From Macrostomum lignano (lineage: Eukaryota), in contig NIVC01001549.1 of NCBI GenBank assembly GCA_002269645.1, positions 186,001-250,000 on the forward strand: 64,000 nt of DNA, written 5' to 3'. The position numbers and the translations under genes were made by a program. This document shows positions 34,062 through 64,000 of the stretch, one piece after another. Positions within the stretch are counted from its first letter, which is position 1, and every line of letters begins with the position of its first letter. The notes beneath the pieces were generated by a model, which made no database searches, was not told the origin of the DNA, and saw only the letters and a program-made list of their open reading frames with translations.

Positions 34062-34980
34062 AGCACCAAGGGGCGCCAAGCACCAAGGGGCGCCAAGCAC
34101 CACGGGGCGCAAAGCACCACGGGGCGCCAAGCACCACGGGGCGCAAGCACCAAGGGGCGCCAAGCACCACGGGCGCAAAGCACCACGGGGCGCCAAGCAC
34201 CAAGGGGCGCCAAGCACCAAGGGGCGCCAAGCACCAAGGGGCGCCAAGCACCAAGGGGCGCCAAGCACCAAGGGGCGCCAAGCACCAAGGGGCGCCAAGC
34301 ACCACGGGGCGCAAAGCACCACGGGGCGCAAAGCACCACGGGGCGCAAGCACCAAGGGGCGCCAAGCACCACGGGGCGCAAAGCACCACGGGGCGCCAAG
34401 CACCAAGGGGCGCCAAGCACCAAGGGGCGCCAAGCACCAAGGGGCGCCAAGCACCAAGGGGCGCCAAGCACCAAGGGGCGCCAAGCACCAAGGGGCGCCA
34501 AGCACCAAGGGGCGCCAAGCACCAAGGGGCGCCAAGCACCAAGGGGCGCCAAGCACCAAGGGGCGCCAAGCACCAAGGGGCGCCAAGCACCAAGGGGCGC
34601 CAAGCACCAAGGGGCGCCAAGCACCAAGGGGCGCCAAGCACCAAGGGGCGCCAAGCACCAAGGGGCGCCAAGCACCAAGGGGCGCCAAGCACCAAGGGGC
34701 GCCAAGCACCAAGGGGCGCCAAGCACCAAGGGGCGCCAAGCACCAAGGGGCGCCAAGCACCAAGGGGCGCCAAGCACCAAGGGGCACCAAGCACCAAGGG
34801 GCGCCAAGCACCAAGGGGCGCCAAGCACCAAGGGGCGCCAAGCACCAAGGGGCGCCAAGCACCAAGGGGCGCTAAGCACCAAGGGGCGCTAAGCACCAAG
34901 GGGCGCCAGGCACCAAGGGGCGCCAAGCACCAAGGGGCGCCAAGCACCACGGGGCGCCAAGCACCAGGGGCGCCAAGCAC
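34062..34980. repeat. 17-bp GC-rich minisatellite (CAAGGGGCGCCAAGCAC)n
   Basis: Direct tandem array. It explains the overlapping repetitive ORFs in the track. Confidence 0.97.
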
Positions 34981-37229
34981 TAATTTCAAATTTCAGATAC
35001 TAAAACTAATTCCCTAATTTTGTTTTGAATTTTATCAACAGAATATTTTCCTCATTTAATAGCAATTTGATCTGACTTCTTTCCAGACACTGTTTCTAGC
35101 ACTTCTTGGCCTATGCGAGATGTTTATCGCAAATAATGGCTTTCGCTCCCACAATCCGTTTGCCGAGTGAACTAAAATAGCCTGCCTTGGGAAAAGAGAG
35201 GAGAGAGGGAGAAAGTCGAAGTCAAGTGCGCTTCGTGGAAAAGGTGCAGCAGTCTTCCATCGGGGGTTATGACTAAACTATAAGACTCGTATATATACTG
35301 CATGCAGACCCACCCAGTCAGTCACTTCAGTCAGCTTTTCGAATCGAGCCCTGGGAGATTTCGACTGGCTGAAGGGCTAGACTTTTATCAGCTACGCCGC
35401 ATCTGTGTGGTCCAGCCCTCAGTCTACGCTCGTAACAGAGAAAGTTCAAGTCGACCCAGGAATGCGAGATGCTGCGATGATGGGGGGGGGGGTTCGTTCA
35501 CGTGGCGCAAGTGTATTGGGGTGTGGAGGGCAGGGCAAACTTGCCGTCAAAGTTGCGTGAAATTTCACAAAAGTCACAGCTGCTAGTAGATGATGCTGAC
35601 AAAAAATGTCAGGCCCATGCCGCTGACCCCTGTTAGTTTTGTTAGAGGCAGGGGGCACACCCTGGCGCACTTTAAGCGTCATTGTCACACATCAGAGAGA
35701 GGCAATACTGCCCATCCCGCCGACACCCCTGAGCAAGCGCACGGATACGTACGCAGCCATACGCACAGGCACACACTCACACAGGAGTGTACAGCGGCCC
35801 TAACTTTATTTATCGTTCGGCATGTACACTTCACTGCGCCTTGGGGTTGGACGAGCAGAGCCAAGCCGAGATTCCAATTTAGCCCCAAATTAGTGTGACT
35901 GCACTTGGAATCGAGCCTGGACCCCTGGTACATCAGAGCGCCACGCTGACCCCTGACCCCTATGTGTGAACAGATTTTATAAGAAGACTTCATCAAATCA
36001 TCATCTTCATCTTCATTCTGAGATTAAATCATTGACTATCTCAACGATGCTGAAATACTGTTGTCATTTGATATTTTCCGTAAAAAGTGCATAAAAATGA
36101 ATGGAATACATATTGTTAAAATTATCCATCTGCACAAATAAATACTTTCAATGGGATGATATGAGAGAAAGCAGATGGATATTTCTTGCAAATCTTACAA
36201 ATCGTGAAATACGATGTCATTTAAGCGCTAATTTTCCTCAATTCAAAAAAGTACAGAACGTCCTTTAAATGAAGTTGTCTCACCGGTCCTTTGGGAATAA
36301 TTTTTTTTCGCAAGCGGTGTTCCTTCGTTAGCTAAGAGCAGCGTTATTCCACATTCAAATGGAAATTCGATTTTTGTAAGAAGTGGCATGGAAGCTGGGA
36401 ATTTTGCATGACAAAGCTTCTTGATGACTGCTTACTGGATGGTCGGTGCTAAAACCACTAATACCAATACTTAATATTCATACTGGTAGAATTCAGCGCT
36501 TTTCACGTACATACTACTATTACTAATTCTCAGTAGCAACTGAAGCACTTGAATGAAAAACACAGCAGAGATATACGGTCTGTCTGGTGTCAGGTGTCTG
36601 ACTAATTAAAATCAATCAGGTATTGGGAAGTTTAGCTGTAACTGAGCAGCAAACTCATTTTCATTCTAACTGTTTCTTTCATGTCACTTCCGTAATTGAA
36701 AGAGGCTGAGCCTGGGCATCGAATGGGGCCGGAAAGAGACAGTAAGTCTCCGCTAATGCTCTGCAGCTTCATCAAAAATTCATACACCATGCAGACGCTG
36801 TGTGGCCAGGAACAGGCAGAAGATTCCTAATTGAAAGAAGATGATGATATGCGGTCGTGGCAAGTCTCCAAAGCAATATGCGCACATGAGATAAAAAGGT
36901 TCCACCATTGGAGTGAAGATTCACTGCTGCTACAAGCAGCTCTTTGCGATGGCTTTCTATAGACAAAAAATAGGCTGATGCCTAACGAAGCAAGGCCCTA
37001 CTGACACGACTTGACGTGAGCAGCCCGTAATTCATTCCAGCTCAGGGCTTGATGCCCCCTATTGTACTCGCAGCCGCGCCTCATCTGGAATCTGTGTGTC
37101 TGGGCTGCCCTGGATTCACTCCATCCCTTCCATGCCGTGTGAGCTAAATGTAGAAATTCTGAGACCTCTGATTGCCCAGCTGATGGAGCTTGTGAGGCTT
37201 AATTTTGGCTGATAAATTCGGTTTCTAAC

Positions 37230-37818
<589 letters not shown>

Positions 37819-38564
37819 ACCCATATTCTCAATTTCCAATTAACGCAACAATTGGCAATCAATGGAAGTATTAAGCTGCCAATAATCCAGCCATTTCTGG
37901 CACCGGGCGCTGACCAGCCGCCCAGTGAGTGCACTATAAACATCTGGCCTGTTTGAACTCACTGTTTATACTAAGGCCCCAGCAGGCCTCAGTTGACATT
38001 GCCAGAATTCTGCAGTCGTGCTGGCAGGCCTTCATCATCTGTTGCCCATAGCGGCAGTCCAGCTTCCATTCCATAACAGTTGACGAAGAAAATATTTTAT
38101 CCTGCATAATTCATCGCCAACCACAGAGCGGTTTTAACGTCTCGCGACACCCCGTGTCTTTTTCCTGCAACCCTCCCCTTTTTTCTTGAGGTTTTCTGTC
38201 AGCCTCGCACCCGGCGTCTTTCGCACGCGCAAGGCAATAACTTCTTGTTGGCAAAGGTTTGTTTTAACTGGTAAACTAGCTTGCGCCGTTCGTTTCTTTG
38301 TTGCGGCGGTTGCTTTTTCTAAAGCAGTTCATATTTGTTTGCCCTCGAGAGTAGCTGGGGCTCAGGGCGCGACTTCTTTTAGTTGAATATTCAACAGGTA
38401 ACTGGGTCGCAACAACTGGTAGTGCCCGGTTTCATTATCGTCAACTGCTAAGAGGGAAATCAAGCATTGATTGGGGAGTCGCCTATTTTGGTGACAAAGG
38501 GGAGATGGATAACTCACCATTATTTCAAGCTGATGTGTCTGAGTTTCCATGAGCTAAAGATTGT

Positions 38565-39200
38565 GCTTGACGCCATTTTTGGTTTTGATTGTGTTTGACG
38601 CCATTTTTGGTTTTGATTGTGTTTGACGCCATTTTCGGTTTTGATTGTGTTTGACGCCATTTTCGGTTTTGATTGTATTTGACGCCCTTTTCGGTTTTGA
38701 TTGTGTTTGACGCCATTTTCGGTTTTGATTGTGTTTGACGCCATTTTTGGTTTTGATTGTGTTTGACGCCATTTTTGGTTTTGATTGTGTTTGACGCCAT
38801 TTTTGGTTTTGATTGTGTTTGACGCCATTTTTGGTTTTGATTGTGTTTGACGCCATTTTTTGGTTTTGATTGCGTTTGACGCTATTTTTGGTTTTGATTG
38901 TGTTTGACGCCATTTTTTATTGTGTTTGACGCCATTTTTGGTTTTCATTGTGTTTGACGCCATTTTCGGTTTTGATTGTGTTTGACGCCATTTTTGGTTT
39001 TGATGGCGTTTGACGCCATTTTTGGTTTTGATTGTGTTTGACGCCATTTTCGGTTTTGATTGTGTTTGACGCCATTTTTGGTTTTCATTGTGTTTGACGC
39101 CATTTTCGGTTTTGATTGTGTTTGACGCAATTTTTGATTGTGCTTGGCGCCGTTTGATGGTTTTGATTGTGTTTGGCGCCGTACGATGTTTCTTATTGTG
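38565..39200. repeat. 28-bp minisatellite (GGTTTTGATTGTGTTTGACGCCATTTTT)n
   Basis: Tandem array that degenerates at the right end. Confidence 0.95.
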
Positions 39201-39596
39201 TTTGGCGCTTCTTGGATGGCACAGATTGCCTTTGATGCCAGCTGGATGGCCTCTTTGCTGGGATTTCAGAAGCTCACAAGAAGTCAGAATTATTTAACAT
39301 TGTTATTCCTTGCTTTTTTATTTCTGGACAAAAAAATAACGTAAAAACATTTGCTGCACCTCTTTAGAAATTCCATCAACAAGCGTCTTATTGAGGTGTA
39401 AGTTAATCCTCTTGACATCCAATTCACCTGAAGTTATAAAAATAGCCTCATGGGCGACACTCCGCAGCCAATCAAAGCAGTCCACCAATCGCCTGCAAGC
39501 TTGTAGATTTCTTTTCGAGGCAGGCATGAGCGACATCTTGATATCAGTCGGTCAGTCGGTGGTCGCCGCTCAGATCTGCCATCTGAGAGAATCCGC

Positions 39597-59595
<19,999 letters not shown>

Positions 59596-61354
59596 TTCGA
59601 TTTACAGCGCCACTACTGCACCACTTTAACTAGCATATATTTTATAGGCTTTATAGCACCCACGTTTCGAAGTGGGGCATCACTTTCTAAGAAGCTTTGG
59701 TCCCCGGACGTCTAGAGCCCCGATTTGCCGATACTGTTACAAAAGGTTTTTACACAGCTGAATAAACCATAGCTTTAGTTATTTAACTTAAAACTCAGGA
59801 TAGTTGATGGAATCGAGTTAGCCAAAAACAATTGGAGCTTAAGCCTACCAAGTAGGCTCATATGTACTGTAAAGTGCTAAAACTTTAAAATTATAGTGTA
59901 GCTGTGCATGTGATACGGGAGATTAAATTCGATCCAAGGACTGCTCTTTTCTTTGATGCATCAGTGTCTGCCGACTAAAATTGCTTCACATATTACTGTC
60001 GATCGCAACCGCGCAAACCTTGTGCATTTCCAAATTAAATCGTATACCAAATTACATAAGGACAAAATAAAAAATCCAACGACGATGCGACTTTCATACA
60101 ATTGGCCAAGTTTAGTGACCTAGCGATTCATATACCGGTAGAAAAATATGCGTGTTTTTCTTTTTTTACTCTCAAAATACCAATCAAGTCACAAAATAAG
60201 TAAGAGAAGGTCCGAAGGAAGAGCTGCACGTTATGTAAAACTTAAGGACACTGGGAAAATCTTTTTATTCCACATTTCTCAAATCTTAAAAGAAATCAAG
60301 ACGTCCCACAGATTTTTTTGTGATGGAGACGGCCTTGGAAAATGTCATCTTTTTGATAAATGTAAAATGAGAGGGAGAAGGGGAGAAGAGAGAGAGGAGG
60401 GTGAGAAAGGGGAAAGGGAGAGAGGGAGAGAGGGGAGAGGGAGAGAGGGAAGAGGGAGGGAGGGGAGAGGGAGAGAGGGGAGAGGGAGAGAGGGACAGAG
60501 GGGAGAGAGAGGGAGAGAGGGGAGAAAGGGATGGAGAGTGAAAGGGAAAGGGAAAGGGAAGACTGCTACAACGATCTGTCTCAAAAACACATATTCCATG
60601 TATTGATTGAATACGAGCGTATTGGTTTCACGAACGGAATTCTGTATGCATTTGTCTCTCATTATAAAACCTACCTTTGTGTGCCTCCTTTCTCTGCATT
60701 CGTAATTATACGTCGTACTTAGCTTAACAAGTGTTAAAGCAGACTGAATTCAAAGTTTAAAGACAGCACTGTCTGTAAATGCTTCTTTTTCAACAGTCCG
60801 CTACGCTTGAGAGGCGGAAAGTTACTAAGAGAAGTAACTACTATAGAACCAATTGTGTACAGCGGCTACTGCTGCAGTCACGGTGAGAGCAAAAATGCCT
60901 GTACACTAACCATGGCTGGACTTAACAAGCAACTGTACTTTGATCGTCTGCCACGAGACGGGCAGGCAGAGCTAAATAAATTATATTTCAGACGTATTGT
61001 ACAATTGTACGCGTGCGTGAGCTATAGCGACGGCAGTTAATATTTACAGGAAAAAACATATTTTGCAAGCGAGCGCTGGCTAAAAAGACAGCATTAGCTG
61101 CAGACTGAAATGCTTTCATATAGTTTTAAAGTGGAGCAACTCACTCAATTAGGAGCGCGTATGTAACAGACTAAACCTCGAATTCCGCTACTTCTTAAAC
61201 TGTTTTTTAGCGTTAAGTAGCTAACGATTGAGCATTTGTAACAGGCAGAGAGGTAAGTGCGCTGCGAGTAAATGTGCTAATTTAATAAAATACTGCTTTA
61301 AACAGGATGCAAGATCGAAAGTCTACTACTGGCTTCCTCACTTATAAGAGAAGA

Positions 61355-61619
61355 GGGTGGTTGTAGCCTAGTGGTTAGAGCGTCAGACTCACGATTTGAA
61401 GGTCATGGGTTCGATTCTCGTTCCCACTGGAACAGTTTGTGTCCTTGAGCAAGCCTTTGCCTTGAGCATTGCTTCACTTCACACAGCTGTAAAATAGGTA
61501 CCAGCATTAGCTGGGGTAATTGAGGGTGTGTGGCGATCCCCCCAGTCCTTGGAATGAACAGCCGTACGCAGCCTTCAGATGCGCCGCGCCATAGCTGCGG
61601 CTGAGCTGTTGGTTGCACA
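61355..61619 (+). mobile_element. tRNA-derived CORE-type SINE, copy 3
   Basis: GTAGCCTAGTGGTTAGAGCG...GGTTCGATTC head, GTGTCCTTGAGCAAG...CTGTAAAATAGG core and the shared tail. Confidence 0.87.
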
Positions 61620-62093
61620 AAAAGTTTTTAAATAGCTCGTATACGCTCATAGGAGCATATTGTAATAACTTCCTCTTACCAGATAAGTCCAAAGCTTAAC
61701 AGTTCAGTTCTAAACACTTGTAAGTTTTGTCTGTAAGGTTTCAGCTTCAACTGATTAGGTTGAGGTAAAGTTTTCCATATTTGCTGCTGCCTCATGATGT
61801 GCAATAGACAAAACTTCAGCCGCTAAATCTAATTGAATGTTATGGATAGATAGATAGAAATACCGCTCCTAATTTTCAGACCTTCTAGTTTGTTTACAGT
61901 ACGACTGAACTGTCAAGCATTGAACTTATCCGATGAGAGGTTAAGAAAAAAGTGTACGCTCGTACCCTACAGATACTAGATACTCCTGGCTTGAGGAGCA
62001 TACTCCCAATCATAGCACTCGTACTTGCCAAGTACACCTACCAACGTACATAAACATCAGTGTACTTTATGACCGGTTTCAGTTGCAGACAAA

Positions 62094-64000
62094 ATGGATC
62101 GCACCCCAGTGTGCTGCACTGCCTACACAAGTCCTAACGACCTATGGCTGCAAATCCGTTGGGATGGCGGTCAGCAGCTCAAGTCATTGATGGTAGCCGC
62201 TACGAAATGGGCCGCTGCTGATCAGACTGCAAATGTCCCATTGAGCACTTTGAGCTCAAACAAAGACTGGGTTCTGGTTCGTCCGAACAATTGGAATCTG
62301 TGGTTTCGCGCCAGACTACTGGGTCCAGTGGCTAGCGACAAGAGCTGCTGTCAGGTGCAGCTGGTGGACTTTGGAAACCGGCTATACTTGCCGCAGAGCC
62401 CCGACCGCCTGCTGCCGATGCCCGAATTCTTCGGAGAACAGAAGCTGCCGAGCTGCGCGGTGCCGTGCCGACTGGCGAGAATTTCACAGCGCAGCGACTG
62501 GTCCAAGCGAGACGCTAAACGGCTCGAGGAGCTGCTCACCATGACTACAGAGGATCGGATTCTAGATGCCGAATTCGATTGGGAAAAGTCAAGTGCGAAC
62601 GCGCCGACGCCTGTGGAGCTCTACCAGCGCGGTAGCGAGTTGTCAATCAACGACGCGTTTGGTAATAGAACCGGCAGTCTGATTGCCAAGCTGAGAAGCG
62701 GCCAGGCAGTGAATTTCTTGCCAGCTAATCCGACCACGCTGAGGTCAATGCCACTAGTGCAGCAGAATCAACCAATAAATGATTTCGACAACTCGTGGGA
62801 CCAGCCTTTCAATGGCATGGTCAGCCATGTGACGGACAAGGGCATCGTGTTCGTACAGAAGGACGAAAAACTACTGTCTGGTCTTCAGAGTCAGCTCGAG
62901 CTGCTGAGCGACAGCGAAGATCTAGTTCGATTTTCGGCGAGCTCGTTGCCAGATAAGGATGAGATTTTCGCTGTTTTCCAGGTAAGTAGTGCATGGCTAC
63001 ATGCATAAGCTATAGCGGTATTAGCCTATCAACTTGTATGCTTTTCACCAAAGCCACCGATTTTACCTACTTATTTTTATACTTTTCAATGTCCATGGCA
63101 TCAACGAAAAAATGAAAACACTTAATCTTGCAACACTGCCCCACGCTTCGCAGGAGCCGCCACTCCGTCACTACAGAGGACGAGTTTTAGAACTCCTTGG
63201 GGGTCAGCGAGTCAAGCTGCTTATCATTGACTTCGGCTTCGAGCTGATAGTCGATTGGAATCAGTGCGCCAAACTACCAGGTAGAATTCGTTACAAACCG
63301 CAGTGCTGCCCGTTTCTACCTGTGCGTCAGGGTCAGGTTAAATCCGGAGACCCAGGCATGGATCGCCTAAGTTCGCTTTGGAAGGAAGTCAACAAGAACA
63401 CTTCTCCAGTCAGGGTGACGGTTACTCCTACTGAAGTTCCGGACATGGACCCAGTCGAGGTGCAAACTGCAAGAATTGACGTCCATCTGAACAACGGCGG
63501 TAGAGAGGACATCGTGGACTTTCTGCTTAGCACTGGAGCTTCGAAATGCGCTGACACGAAAACTGTTGATCTGAGCACATGCAAGTATCGAAACTGCAGA
63601 GAGGAGCTCAACTGGGACGTGGACAATATCGTCTGTGGCACGTGCACCCACGTAGAAACCGAGAATTCAGTCGAGCAGTTCGTATTCTTCCAACCGAACA
63701 CTATGCAAGCAGTCGCCGAACAACTAAAGCTAAAACTGACAATTTCCACCGACAAGCTGGAAAAATATGACGCAACCAGCTTCAAACAATTGCCAACGCC
63801 AGTTCTTGTACAGAAAGACGAAGACGGTGCCAATTTTCAACGCGCCACGGTGGACAATGTTGACAAGACAACGTGCGACGTAACCTACGTAGATATGGGC
63901 AAACGGCAGCAAGGTGTTCCAATTGGCAGACTCTATAAACTGCCTAGCGATCTGCTAACACTACCAACAATCTGTGTCAAGTGCCAATTGATAAATAAAG
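62094..64000 (+). CDS. Multi-Tudor-domain protein (TDRD-like), partial; at least three extended Tudor domains
   Basis: Exon 62094-62981 (WFRARLL..VQLVDFGN..LLPMP..AVPCRL) splices in phase 0 to an exon starting at 63154 that is open to the window end (HYRGRVL..LIIDFG; NFQRATV..VTYVDMG..LYKLP). Upstream exons are possible. Confidence 0.85.

Noticed and set aside
60370-60560. R/E/G-rich ORF 60148-60606
   Set aside because: It derives from a purine-rich (GA) low-complexity tract and shows no other coding evidence.
61245-61252. 8-nt micro-exon (ACAG|GCAGAGAG|GTAAGT) upstream of the Tudor gene
   Set aside because: The splice signals look canonical, but I could not connect it into a coding frame. 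It remains unsupported without RNA data.
61355-61430. tRNA gene (also near 27650-27720 and 40520-40590)
   Set aside because: These have A/B boxes, but the acceptor stem is poor and each continues into a shared SINE body, so they are SINE heads rather than tRNAs.

Overview
Animal genomic DNA with spliced genes, GT-AG introns and many mini/microsatellites. The style suggests a free-living flatworm such as Macrostomum, but that is inference only. Positions 1-9993 are the right end of an AT-rich Polinton/Maverick (integrase C-terminus, two small ORFs, AGTAGT-type terminus). Nested in it is an intact, young 8.6-kb Ty3/Gypsy retrotransposon (499-9124; TG..CA LTRs, 4-bp TSD, tRNA-Lys PBS, gag, -1 frameshifted pol). 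This element carries a third ORF in the env position that encodes a J-domain (DnaJ/HPD) protein, with splice signals for a subgenomic mRNA. The host region then holds a CUB-like type I membrane protein gene, an inverted partial copy of it, hAT/Crypton/Tc1 remnants and an intronless Q/R/S-rich orphan ORF. Next is a three-exon gene fusing about 17 ankyrin repeats to a cGAS-like (Mab-21) nucleotidyltransferase, interrupted by one TAA in a CAR-YYA readthrough context. A kinase-less DAPK-like ANK-ROC-COR-death-domain gene follows. The right half holds a nine-exon 5xIg-2xFN3-TM (turtle/IGSF9-like) gene with satellite-filled introns, three CORE-type SINEs and the start of a multi-Tudor gene. All gene models and alignments were done by eye; no database searches were run.
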